A DNA stretch of 64,000 nucleotides from Lepidodermella squamata (lineage: Eukaryota > Animalia > Gastrotricha). The translations under genes were made by a program, and so were the position numbers. Shown here piece by piece: positions 51,177 to 64,000 of this stretch. The stretch lies in contig JBLDXI010000033.1 of assembly GCA_047495785.1 (NCBI GenBank), positions 2,170,001 to 2,234,000 of the forward strand. Direction: 5' to 3'. Below the pieces are notes generated by a model that saw only the letters and a list, made by a program, of their open reading frames with translations, was not told the DNA's origin and made no database searches. Every line of letters begins with the position of its first letter. Within the stretch, counting starts at the first letter, position 1.

Positions 51177-54100
51177 AGTTGCATCTGGGGGGCACGTTTT
51201 GTTCGAGTTTGGCGGCAATAAAATCTTATTTAATTATTATTAATAGTAATAATAATAATAAAGCCGGCCTGCTATTGCAACAGGTAGGCTGTTAGAGCTA
51301 TTTGACGCAGACCCTACAATTCAACAATGGAAATGATTAAAATTTTAGACATCGTATGACAAAGAGTAAATATGTGCGGCAAAGAGATTTAGCGATAAGA
51401 AGACGACGAACGAGAGAGTGAGTAAGTAGGTAAGTTCTTGTTTGAACTCACTCGTGTTCGATGAACTTGCGGCGCACGTTCGGCGTGAACTCGCAGCGCA
51501 TGAACTGGCTGAGGCTGGCTTGAGGACAAGATTAAAGCACGTGTCTTTGGCGGCGAGTGATGAGAAAGCAGAAGCTCTTTATGTCTTGGTCGGCTAATGA
51601 GACGGCAGTAGTAATAACAGTATCGCTAATCTTTCATTACAAGAGAGAGAACGACGAGAGAGAGAGTAAGCTGGAGTCCAGTGGAGAAAATTTTGCAAAA
51701 CCGTTGTAAGGTCACGTTCGTAAACTCTCGCCGAGCTCAAACCACCACACAGCGTTGTTTTGCTCTTGTTTCGATAACCTTAACACTTTCGCCTGCTGTT
51801 GGAAGATGCGACAGCGTAAAGACGTGCGTAGAAACAACAAAAACCAGGCATTTCCGCGCTTTCTGATTTTGTTGATGTGCTTTTGTCTAGCTGCAAAGCA
51901 AGCATATTTAGTCTGACAAGGAGTGACACATGTGACACACGGTGAAAGCGTCAAACAACGCACAAGTACACGGCCATCACATCAAATCAAAAGAGCAATA
52001 AGGGCAGGGCGAGTGCCTTGGGTTGGCAGTTGCAATAACTTGCCAAAAATTGAGCATTCGAAAATTTAGCAGTAGACAACGGCAGAATAGCACGCGATAA
52101 AGTCCTATACACAGGCAACTCTACCGGACTAACCGACACCTATGTTCAAATACAGCCGTGAATGCGCTCTTTCGGTATTGAATGATTTCATTCACACAAG
52201 TGGCGTGTTACGAACGCGAATGTTCGGTGTGAATGACCGAGTTACGCAACGGCGCCACAGGGTGTTTACACAAGTCGCGCGACAACCATCACTGCTGGCG
52301 GCGCTCAAAATACCTGTGTAGGCATTGACGAATTGGGCCGTAATTTAGCGTAATCAAGGCAATAAATTGCCGAGAAAAATCATCTCGATAAAAAGTCTGT
52401 GTCCATTTTCTGCAACCTTAAATGTTGATTGTTATTGTCTCGCTGGCCGCGCGCGAACAGGGTGACAGACTAGTCGCGAATGTTCTCTTTAGAATATTAG
52501 CAACAACCTATTTCAAACATGCCAATCACGTTGATGGCAGGCTAATAATTCTAGGCCGAGCGAGAAAATCGAAAGTGTAAACACACGCGCGGCGTGTGGC
52601 ACTATTTCCGGCTTTTAGGCGCCAGGTGAAAATAAATATTATTACCTATCATCTCATTGTTGTCGATTGCTTATTTACTCAGCGCGCTCTTTCTCTTTCT
52701 GCTCTAGTCGAAAACTGTATGCTGCTGCTGAAAGGGTCAACAAATTAGCTCTGATATAATTGTTTCAAAGAAGGAAGTGTTATCGAATCAATATCCGCGC
52801 TTTTCACGACTCTCTGCGACATAAACTTCGCAGAAGGCAATCTTACTTCCATGACGAACATTTTTCAGAGATAAAATTCTATAAAATTCCAAGATGCAAA
52901 CAGAGTGTTAGAAGTTTTTATGAAGCCATCTGCCAGTAAATTATACGAATGAGTACCTAAAAATCATCGATATATACAAAAAGTCCGGTCCTACCTAAAC
53001 TCAAAATGATCATTATTATTGTGATAAAATTTTCTAAAATTTACAAGCTGCTTTCAGATCTAGAATCATCCGAGAATATGCAAAATTTTCAAGGTGCAAT
53101 AATGTTTTTTTTCGCAAGCAACATGTCAATCGCAGATCGCGGAAATTTTCGCGCAGTGTAGTCAAATTTTTAGACCAATCCAATGATAAACCTGTGTCTG
53201 CTTGAGTTTTGGGTAATAATAAAAATTTGTCATTTTCCAGGGTCTTACTGTTAAAGTAGCCAAATTTGCCCATAGCGAAACCAAAATTTCGATAATTAAT
53301 TCGCAAAAAATGCCGTTTGAAAGGTTAAGACAATCTAGATGATTAAAAATCCGAATCCAAATAAATGAGAATAAAAATATGCTTGGTTTTCTGAATAAGG
53401 CCTGATCATCACTCTGAGAACGAGGTGTAATCTCAATTTTTAATAGTTCTCACATTTTGTGCCTGGTTATTATCTTTGGTAGAGTGAAAAAGTATGCTGA
53501 AATCTGTGCAACTTATTTCCCGACGGTTTGCCACCCATTCAAATTTATGGACACAAGTTAGTTAAAAGGGGCAGGGCAGTTGCACAAAAATAAGAAGCGG
53601 GGGGTTTATTTCGGGTATTACGGTAGACGGTAGTTGACTGAAACTAGCAACGGAAACTGTACGCTAGAATATTATAACACTTTAGATTATATTATTAGGC
53701 AATTTCCACAAAAAAAGCTGAGAAGACCTGTTGAAAATGTTCCAAAGTTGACAGGTAGCGGTTATAAAGATTCAGAAAGATTCAGATATGAACACTTCCG
53801 TAATACATATGTTATTATAGCCCTAGTGGTTTCTTATACAGTAACCGTTCAAGGCAAAATCTTGAATTCGAAAATTCGGCCGGAGAGGCATTGCATAGGG
53901 AACCTTGAAAGCAGAAATTCTGACCAGAAATGCTGAAATTATTATATTAGATAGTTGGACTAAAATGTTTACTCAGGTCAACGGGCCACATGCCGCCCTA
54001 CGTCACAGGTGGTGTGTAAGTTTTTGCCAACGCCTGCAAATTTATCGAGATATATCTTTCAAGTTCATGCCCTTTTTAAATAATTGAAATAAAAGATAGG

Positions 54101-56973
54101 TAACTTTGATCAACTTTCATCGTCCGAATAATAGAAATTCGTTCATTTTTATGTATTTTTCTTGTATTTTATATTGGATAACAGCGTGACAAGCTTGAGA
54201 TTTGTTTTTTTGTTGTTGTTGCGATTCTCGCAAAACAAAGCCGCATCTGCTTCGCCGTGAATCCTCGCTATGCGAAAGTTGACAAGCTTAACTGCCAAAC
54301 AAAATAGCGGAAAATCCATAACATCTTCGAATTTTCCCAAAAAATACTAAACACCGAACCCGCGAGCTGTAAAACCAACATCAACACTCTACATTGCGCA
54401 AGAAAAGTCCGGTCCTCGGTCCCTGGGTTTACATGTAATTTAAGAAAAATGGAACTTTTTACATATATCCTTGAAGTATACTAGATCTGAGAGGAGTTTG
54501 CAAATCGGTATAAGCAATGAAGCAAATCGCCTTATAAAGCTGTCTTCTCGATTTTCGCCAGGAACATAGACGTTTTTGCGCAGTCTATGTATATTTCAGT
54601 GTCACATGGAGTATTTTTGAGGACGGCCTCGTGAATCTGAGCAAGTGATCAGCTCTCTTAAAGGATTGAATACTGAACATGGGGAACGTTCATTGGGATC
54701 GTTTGTATGTAGCGCAAAAAATAATATTTTTCGTTTTTATTTCTGCTTTTTTATCTAATAATGATGAGAAATTGAGATTTATGGAGAGGTAAATCTGTCG
54801 GCGAAATCGGCGCTTTGCAGTTCGTTTGGCCTTCCGTAAGAAAAAATCGACAATATTGCTGTGCGCAACTGACAGCTTCGTTCGGAAATAAAACACTCTC
54901 GAGTTACCTTTTTACAGACTTAACTCACTCTAACACCCGAAACTACGTGAAAGCCATAAGTTTTCCGTAGAGTTCTTCATGGCGAAGGAGTTAACCATTT
55001 CACGCTGTTTGTCAACACAAAGGATGAGATGTCTCTCGCATAGTACAAGCAAGACGAAAGTTTGAAGTAATGAAACTTTGAGTGTTTGGTTTTAGGAAGT
55101 GTCAATACAGCCAGGCGCCAGTTTACCGAAGCGAGACCGTGTTGTCACAAATCTGGCGGGCCGGCGTTTGTTGTCTGCCGGCCGTTTCACACACCCACAG
55201 ATTATGGGAATTTGCTACCTGGCGTCTCGCCGAGGTCATAAAAGTCATTAGAGGTGTTGCACGCCAGCTTTGCAGCCGCAAATTTACTGCCATTTGACAC
55301 AAAAAGCCACTTCCTTGTCAGCCCAACTTGACCAATTTCAAGGCTTTCTACAACAATAGATATTTTGTTTTTTCGGCGCTTGGGTATGACTTGTTAGGCG
55401 ATAACAAAAATCGCCAATGCTATGTGTGTTTAACAGGCCTAACGAGGTGTTTGCCAGTGTTTTTTAATGAGGCACCATCCAGCTGGGTATAAATGCGCCG
55501 GGTCGCGGCCAAAAATGCATCACTCCATCGCATTTGCATCCGCCAGCAACAACCATCCTCACAATATTTCCTAAACTATGACTCACCGTTTCGCTTTTTA
55601 ATTATTGCCAGCAATTATAATTGCGCGAACAATTTTTTCGATAATTTTGTTTGCATCGTTCGCGTCATGTTTACACCTTAAGTGGTTGCCAAATATTCGC
55701 GCGCCGATAATTATTTGTATGATTAACATTTTCCCATAATCATTTTTATCATTAACAATTTTTGCCCTGCGGCACGTTGAACGCGATTTCAAGCAGGAGT
55801 CATCGTCTTGTTAGACACCCTGCGCCTTACATTTAGCGTATTAAGGTGTATCGCACTTGTATTTAAAACGCGTGATATTAAGCGGCTTGTCTTGTGCTAG
55901 CGTCGGATCCTCTGCTATAATAGGTGCCAAGACGGCACGTCCGCGACGCCTAAAAACTAGGTAAACTGCTCATTAAAAAGGTGTTGATTGTAGTAGCAGA
56001 GGCGACTACTTTAAGACGAGTTTGGGATTATATTATTAGCCAGCGCTAGAGCAAACAAAAAAGGCTTGCTGGTATGTGCGCGGCTTTTGCGCCTGCGCTC
56101 ATTATTTTCCTCATTAAATTTAGCGGCTATTCTTGCGCACATTATTGTATCATTGCGGGGCGGTGACTAAAACGCTAACCGACAATTGACAGCGCACAAA
56201 AACGCAATTCATTCCTCAATTTTTCAAATTTTTATTCACTCGCGAATTTCTTGTGACAATTTCCTGCTAAATCGAAATTTAAATAGTTGCTTTACCTTAC
56301 CTGAATTTTAGCAAGTAGCTATCGAAAGCCGAGATTTTTTGGTTAAAGATGAACACGTATTGGCAGCCATCTGGCTATAGAGTTTTCAAAAGCCTAGATC
56401 GGCCGCACTTTGACCCGCGCAAAATGCCTGCGCTATTGCGTTGCGCAATTAACTGTTTGCGCGTTCGCTCATCGTTTCAATCTCATCGCGCGCATCCTCA
56501 AAATTTTCATATATCCCCAAGCCAACTGCAATTTAGAAAACAGGTAAACAGGTTATTTACGACCTGTTATGTTACGTAAAGCAAACACCCAAACTAATGA
56601 CCAGCTCATTACATTAAAATACGGCGAGTAAAATCGAGAGCTGAGATAGCGCATCATCATCGTCAAACACTGACCAGTTTCGCGAGCGCGTGTGAATTTT
56701 AGAATGGACTTCCGTAGCGCGCAAACAATTTGAAGCAGAGAGGTCAAAACACTTTAAACGTTGCATCACACACCAGTTGGGTTATTTGCGCCTAATAATT
56801 GATAGCAACGAAAAATAGTTTCGAACAAGCAACGTCACGTTTGCGTTTTCTAATAGAGCCCGACGTCATCATCCGGCGTGTTTTTAACGTTATCATCATC
56901 GTTTTTTCGCTCCATATAGCTCATTATTTTAATTTTCGTTTTGGCAAGAACTAGCCAATTCAACTCTACAATA

Positions 56974-59900
56974 ATGGCCGGTTTTCGTCGAATGGTCCTC
57001 GGTGTGGCCATTCTGTCTATCGTTGTCATCAAGCAGGCTAAGACCTACAACGGTAAGAGTTAGTCACCCTATCTTTACTAAAACAACTCGGTTACTTAGT
57101 TAGACAACTCTTTACTTTGAGGAGATTAGTTTCAAAAACATTAGGCTGGTTACTTTCATAAAAAGTTGCTTTTACTGCTTTTACTGACACGCTGCTTTAT
57201 AGCAAATTTAGAAGTCATCGCGCCAACTTCTTCCGCCTTCCTATCTTCGCCGGCTTCGTCGGCTTCTTCGTCGGGCGTTAAGGCGGCGGGAAAGAACAGC
57301 AACAACCTTGATGACGCAGCGGCCGTCTACAACCAGAACATGGCATTCGCCGAGTGGCAGTCGCGCTTCATCAAAATGCAAGGCAACTGCCCAGGCTCGA
57401 TTCTCCGCGAAATAGAATCTGCGTCGTTCGAACACTGCGCCCACGAGTGTTGGAACGACGGCGACTGTTACGGCTTCGCTTACCGGCACTACCACAACCA
57501 AGACGCGATATCGACGCTGGCCAACTGCGTGCTGAAACACACGACGTGCGACGGAACGCTGCAGCTATCCAAGTGGATGTACTACCGAAAAGGTCTTTAC
57601 GTCACGCCCTTTCCGCCCTTTTATTATTAGGAGCATAATTTTCCGGGGTCCCTCTCGCCTTTCTATTCTGTCTAAATTATTATTTTTTGAACGTCGGGCA
57701 GTTGATATTGTGACCCGCTTTAGTGCCATAGACCAAAGAGCTGTACTTTCGGACGCTACTGTCTTTAGCTTTTTTCCTAACATTAGTCGTTTTTTCTGAT
57801 TTCAAAAAAATCAAGATTTCAAATTAGCTGAATTTTCGAATCAAAACTAAATTTTTTGCCAGTGTCCGAAATTACGGCTTTGATCATGCTAGCTAGTTCC
57901 CAGCTTTGCCTTGATTGTCATATTTGTGTCAACTCTTTCTCTTTATTCTTCCTCTGCCTGTTCTCGAACTTCGAACGTCGTGTATAGTGAGGCAAGAGAA
58001 GCCGGCAATGAAAGTTAACGCTACCGCGCCGAGTTTCCAGCAACTAGTCAACGCATCGTCGACTGTCTCACCGATTTCGCCGTCTAGCAGCAGCGCCGCC
58101 GTGCCGCAACCGACGCAACCCACGCTGTTGTTGCCGCTGAAGCAAGAAATGGAGCAGAAATTGTTCGGTTCGCCTCTTAATCTCTTGGCATTTTATTATT
58201 TTTGGTTTATTTTCCAATCTCACCACGTGGAACTGTTTGTGGCCTAACTTTCTGTTTCTTTTCTGTTTCCCCCCACCCTCCCACACTTAATGACTCACCA
58301 CGCACAGTACCGACACCCGCTTCTGACCCTTCGCTGAAACAGGGCGCGGTCTCGCCGCCGTTCAGCGAGGAACAGCGCGTTGTTCACTCGAACCGCCGCC
58401 CGTCCGCCTTCGCGTCGGTAAGCGCCGAAATGCGCTCGAATTTTCTGGACGAGGGCACCGCCGCCGCATCTCGCAGCGCCGGTCGAACGTCGGACGCTCA
58501 GCAGAAACTGTCGAGTGAGGATGAGCTCATCAATAATGAGGAGCAAACTCGTAATAGTGAATCGTCGTGGGTCGACTGGCTTGTAGACCGGCCTCAGCCG
58601 ACGCGAAGAAGTTCACAAGGTTTTGTCATCGTTCATGTCTCTTGTTCTCAACGCCCCACCGCACGCTTTTTCGGTCGATGTTGTACGCTATTTTAGACGT
58701 ATAACCGCACCCAGCACGCTCTATCGGCATTTTCCGCTTATGGGTTTCATGCGGTTATTTTTTCCGACTTTTTTCGGATTTTTCATATGCGCAGAAAAAT
58801 GCAAGATTTCCTTATTAATTTTTAACAGTTGGCCCGATGGGGTTGGAATACAACCAGAAAAACACGGCTCAACACGATGAATCGAACATTCGATCGTCTC
58901 GCGACAAGAACAATGACTACGTCGGCTACTTCAAGGAGATGAACGGCAACTGCCCGGGCGGTTCGATGGGTAGCCCGTTGTCACTGTCTCTGAGCGAATG
59001 CGCCAAGGAGTGCTACGACCGTGCCGGCGATTGCCAGGGCTTCTCGTACCGCGACCCGAACGGCTGCGTCCTTAAACGCGTCGCTTGCGCCGAACCCGAG
59101 CAATCACCCACCGGATTCGTTTTCTATCGAAGTGAATTTAATTTAGCAATTTTGCCACGGTTTTAATTTTAATTTCAATTCAGAGCTTGAAACTATCCCC
59201 GCCGGTCAATCGCCCGCCATTCCTCGCCAAGCCCAGCAGCAGCAACAGGCCGAAAACGACGACGAAGCTCTGTACAACACTTGGCAGCAAAACGAACGCA
59301 TGAATGGCCCTGCCGCTAGTCACCAAGGCCTTACCCAGCAGTCCGAAAATGTCAGCAACCAGAATCAGGCCGGTCAAAAGCCACACGCCAAGTCTCGCTC
59401 CGGCCCAGCTGGTCGCGATAGCCACGAAGGTCCGTCAAGCTGCCCTGCCCGTTACGAGGAAATCGTCGGATACTGCTCAGACTCGCCCATTGGAAACGCC
59501 CTCAGCATGGACAAGTTCCGCTGCGCCGATCAATGCAACCTGAACCCTGACTGCCTCGGCTTCACCTGGGACAAGACTGGCAATGGTAAGGAAAAGCCGT
59601 TCTCGTGCACCCTGCAACACACCGAATGCCGCTTCCCGATCTACTCTGAGACCTACAACTTCTACCGCAAAAAGATCGTCCACCACCACAAGCCCGCCTT
59701 CGTCCCGCCACCACCCCCACCACCACCAGCTGCCCCAGTTTTGCCGCCTCTGCCCAAGCTCGAGGAACCGAACCCTGAAGTCTTGCGCGCCTTCCTGTCC
59801 ACCTACGACCAGATTTGCGATAGCGACAAACAGTTCAAGACCACGACCGTTTTCACCTGCGCCCAGTACTGCCTCGCCGATGCCAGCTGCCAGGCCTTCT

Positions 59901-62189
59901 CCTACGACACCCAGAGCCACTTCTGCCGATTCATTGGACACTGCTCGCAGCAACAAGTCTTCAAGAAACGTAAGTTCCCTCCAGTTTATAATTGCCTCAA
60001 GATTCCACCTTGAAAATTTTAGTCTTTGGCTCCGCTGGTTTGCCCGACTTCCTTGGCCTTCTCCACCTGCTGCTCGGTGGTCTTGCCGGCAACCGCTTCG
60101 GTATGGCTCCCCCAGCTATGGGCCACCATCACCACCACGGCATGCAAGGTATGCAAGGTATGCAAGGTATGCCAGGCATGCCCGGACTCGCTGGTATGGC
60201 TGGTCTTCCCGGTTTCGGCCCTGGCCCAATGTACCCCGGCTTCCCTCTGGCCCCGCAGCGCAAGGAATACTTCACCTCATCGGAAGAGCGTATGGTGAGC
60301 CGCAGCCGGCATCACGCCCATGACCGTGACCGTTCCAAGTCGACTGAGCGCCGCCTGTTGCACGGCTTCGAACGCCTCGACGGTGACTGCCAAGGTGCCC
60401 TTCTTGACAACAAGGTCTACGAACTGGACATTTTCGACTGCGCCAAGAAGTGCTACCGCCGGCCCGACTGTGCTGGTTTCTCGTTCAACCTCTACGTTTC
60501 ATCGCCTCAAGAGTGCTACCTGAAGGCTGAAAGTTGCTCGGCCCCGATGCAATCCAGCGTGTGGGTGTTCTACCGCAAAAGTGAGTTCCTTACCCTGACG
60601 GCCTGTAGCCATGACCCCGCCCGCCGGTTTTTTAATTTTTGTAGTTGAATTCAGTAGTCTTTTTGATGAACTCCTTGTTAAATATGTGTTTTTTTGCTTT
60701 TTTCTCGATCGTCTAACCCAAATTTCCCTGAAATTCTCTCTCTGATCACTAAAAACAAACAACTAAAACCCCAAAGCCCCCAAAGTGCACTCATCGGAAG
60801 CTGGCGATCGCCGCCGTGGCGGATCGCGCCGTCCGCCCGTGCCGCCACAAGCCGGGCCCGGCAACAGCACGGTGCCAACGCCCATCAACTGGCGCTCGCG
60901 CCGGCCCAACCCACCACCGCATCTACCGCCATTTTCTGTCGATGTCGTAACAGGTACTAAACATCATATGATTGCGTCGGTTCGAGGCGCTAGCCACGAC
61001 GCTGCCATGCCGCAAGACTCGCAGGCCGTCGACGCGCTAACGGCTCCAACTAGTGCTAGCGAGGCCGCAGCTGACGACGGACTAGCCGCGTCCGGGCCCT
61101 CGGCGTCGAGCTTATTCGACGCTATAGATGACTCGCAGTTGTCGCGAGCTAGTAGCTCGAACACTAACAAGAAAACAGCCGCTGCTGCTTCCTCGCCGCC
61201 TAACCAACCCTCGGCTAGACACGCTAGATTGAGTCAGCTGCGCAACCAGCCGCAACGCGAGCAGTTCATGGTGCGAACCCGATCGATCAAGCCCGCGTCC
61301 GGCAAGGCCAAGCAGACCGTCAAAGCCCGCGCTCGCTCGACGCAGCCGACACTACCGAGTACTACACCTTTATACAATTACTATTCCGTGTCGGTTTCCA
61401 CCTCTACTCTACCTTCTGTACCTTCTACTACCACGAGTCAGCAGTTTTATTTAATTTGATAATATTAACGCTTGTTTTTTCTGTGTCTTGTTATTTATTG
61501 CTGCCGCTGCTGCTTTGTTCATCGTCGCACCAAACCTAGTTGGTGAACTAGTAGAAATGCCCGTCATGCCGCCTGCTACTAACTCTTGCTTTGAGAACAT
61601 CGGCGACCCGTCGTCGGAGCGGCCGTTCAAGGCCAACGCCGCGTCGTCGCTCGAAGCCGACGACCCAAAGCCGCTGCCTGGGCCTGTTGTAATACAGGCC
61701 AAGAGCAGCGCAACTAGTCCCACACCGCTTTCAGGTAGACATGCTTCTTAGCCCAGCTTTGGTCTTGGTGTTAGTTTCAACGTTGTCGATCTCTGACGAC
61801 TGAAAATCGGCTCTTGTTTTTTATCAATGTTGCGATTTGAATTCACAGAGGATCGCGCCCTCGAGTACTACACCCCGGTCGCCGGAAACTGCCCTGGTAA
61901 CGTCATCGAATCCCTCGATATTACTCTCCTCAAGTGCGCTGCTCGGTGCCTGCGCCACAACGAATGCCTCGGCTTCGCGTTCGATCAAGTAATTTTTTAT
62001 TAATTAAACACAACCCGATGTAACCTCCCGTTTATCACCATCAGGCCGCCACCCGATGCCATATCAAATCGATCAAGTGTGATCGTCCTGAAGCTAGCGC
62101 ACCTGTAAGTTGATGAAATTCGATGATGAAACATTCATTCAAATTGTTCCCAATGTTAGGGTGTCGTTTACTATCAACGCCGAATGTAA
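56974..62189 (+). CDS. Secreted PAN/apple-repeat protein P3 (6 PAN-like domains), inverted paralog of P1
   Basis: Signal exon MAGFRRMVLGVAILSIVVIKQAKTYN; shares CP.RYEEI.GYC, STYDQICDSDK, LLDNKVYEL and LEYYT..AGNC with P1; last exon GVVYYQRRM* (62160-62189). Confidence 0.85.
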
Positions 62190-63200
62190 ACGCAATTAAT
62201 CAACAACTCCGTTCTTCATTCACATCGTCGAGTGCCTTCCTTCATCTACTACGTTGGAAAAAGAGACATTTTTTTCGTAGAAATTTTATTCTCTCATTTA
62301 TATAATAGCAATCTAGTTTTATAAATCGCTATTACCCCGCCTGGTTCTGTGGCTACTGGTTGATTTATTCGAATTGATGGCTCGGCTTTTCGTGAAATTT
62401 TTTGATTTTCGAGCTACGCCTTTCAATTGTTTTAGTCAACAAGTGGCCGATATGACAGTGGCAAAAAATTCAACCGAAATGTCTTTTATGTGGGCTTGGC
62501 TGTTTTTCGACGGCGAAAAACGTTAATTTATTGCAAAGTTTTCGCGCAATGATCTCAACTTTGTGCAATAGTCTGACTCAATAATTGTTCTCATCCATGG
62601 TCATTTGCTTCAAAAAATTCATCTATCGAGCTATTACTACTCATCATGTGATTATTGTGCTCATTTATCGGCTGTCGAATTTGCAACAAGTTCAAAGCCT
62701 GCCTTTGTTCTACTATATCTGAATTTGCTCCAATGACATCTGCGAACTGCGCTTTTCACGTTTTTTAAACAAGTTATACGCGCTCAGAAAATCTGCTCAT
62801 TTTTATGTGTTGTCGAGAGATGCGATCCCTTTTTCGGAATTTAATGCAAGAAAAAGCTCGCATCTATAAAAAAATTATAGTAAATTCAAGTGTTGTGTGC
62901 GTTTTACTCTTATGATATATCTATATAACGGATTGTATATCGATTGATTGATTATTTACTATTTAAATTTTTATTTAAAACAATGCAATAATGTTAATTA
63001 TTGTCATAATTACGTACTTGAGCTATATAAAATATGGCGTTGATAAAACAAAATAAAAGTGTCGTTGCAAAATATCTATCGACTTTTACTCATGAGTCAA
63101 ATTAAAAAATTCAAATTTTCCAATGAAAGCATGAACTTTATTAGAACTAAAAGCTCACTTTAACACTTTGAGGCAACTTTTGCATAAATGTATCTGTTTG

Positions 63201-63662
63201 CTAGAAATTGAAGGAGCCGGTTAATAGCAACAGGCTAGCAACAGCGACTATGAGTTTGATGTTTGAAACTTTAGTAAAGGAGGCATTGCAAAAATCTGTT
63301 TGGCAGCACCGGCATTCGTTGATTATTTCGAAATTTTTCTTGAAATTGCGCTCAGCGTCCCGGCGTAAACTTCGGCATGACTCATCGCACAGCCAAATGG
63401 ATGACGAAGCTGAGAAGCATGTGTACAGCGGCAACGGGGGTGGTAGAGCGGCTGATGAATGCGACGGGCTTCGGCTGGTTCGGACAACGCGGCAAACGCT
63501 ACAACCGCGCATTTCCAACTTGTGAAAAGGACCCTGTTGGTTGGTGCCAATGTAGCACATAATGCCGCTGTGTTTGGTTGGAGATGCGGGGCTAAGGTGG
63601 CTGAAAATCAGCGCCGAAAGGAGTAGGATATCGCAAATCCCTCTAGATTTTAGCTTGCTCAT
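63201..63662 (-). CDS. Ly6/uPAR three-finger protein (quiver/sleepless-like), probably GPI-anchored
   Basis: Signal peptide, IMCY start, ten Cys ending CRCCQTDFCN, hydrophobic C-terminal tail; single exon. Confidence 0.82.
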   Translation of the reverse strand: MSKLKSRGICDILLLSALIFSHLSPASPTKHSGIMCYIGTNQQGPFHKLEMRGCSVCRVVRTSRSPSHSSAALPPPLPLYTCFSASSSIWLCDESCRSLRRDAERNFKKNFEIINECRCCQTDFCNASFTKVSNIKLIVAVASLLLLTGSFNF

Positions 63663-64000
63663 TTAGGATCAAGAATCAGCATTACTTCTACCGCTTTTCG
63701 CGACGATTAAAGCGATAGACGATATGAAACTGTTTCTTGTATAGGAGAGAAAGTGGAAAGATGTCCCGAATTATTCAAGCAGTAATGCGATAACAACGCA
63801 TGTTCGGCAGCAGACACTAAGATTTTATTGCGCGCCGATCGATAGCGAGGGCGTTTTTTGTTAAAACTCGCGTTATTATCGCAAAAATGATACTTACTGG
63901 TAAAAATAGCGATGATTACTGCCCTCATCATGTCATCTTATCAATAACAGCGCCTGGATACTCATTCGGCGGTGCATGAATATTTTGTCATGGTATAGCC

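Noticed and set aside
51250-56900. Short ORFs in the long P2-P3 intergenic region
   Set aside because: No motifs, codon bias or consistent splice structure; most likely promoters and 5'-UTR introns.
57741-57877. Possible degenerate MITE in a P3 intron (CTGTACTTTCGGACGCT / AGTGTCCGAAATTACGG)
   Set aside because: Only 17-bp arms with three mismatches and no TA or other target-site duplication.

Overview
Eukaryotic (animal) DNA from a very compact invertebrate genome: genes are split by short, mostly 49-62 nt, GT-AG introns and many gene-to-gene gaps are under 250 bp. The phylum cannot be fixed from this window. I reconstructed about 19 protein-coding genes by hand: EBP2; a secreted Ig-like protein; a C-type lectin; a long ankyrin-repeat protein; a divergent beta-1,4-galactosyltransferase; an unusually large small heat-shock protein; an F-box+ankyrin protein; three tandem, highly divergent Cys-loop receptor (pLGIC) subunits; two tandem Brahma/SMARCA2-4 paralogs that both lack the bromodomain; eIF3h; AGXT2; NME6; RNF144; three secreted PAN/apple-repeat proteins (one with DOMON and Kunitz domains); and a GPI-type Ly6/three-finger protein. 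Mobile DNA comprises three MITEs with target-site duplications and a decayed retrotransposon gag. The strongest leads are: (1) operon-like gene strings with 58-240 bp gaps and unpaired splice acceptors just before the start codons, pointing to polycistronic transcription with spliced-leader trans-splicing; (2) the cluster of non-canonical pLGICs, candidate chemoreceptors; (3) the duplicated bromodomain-less Brahma genes, one with CtBP-type motifs; (4) the modular PAN-repeat secreted-protein cluster; (5) a small HSP with an unfamiliar N-terminal helical repeat. All exon boundaries are manual predictions and no database search was run.
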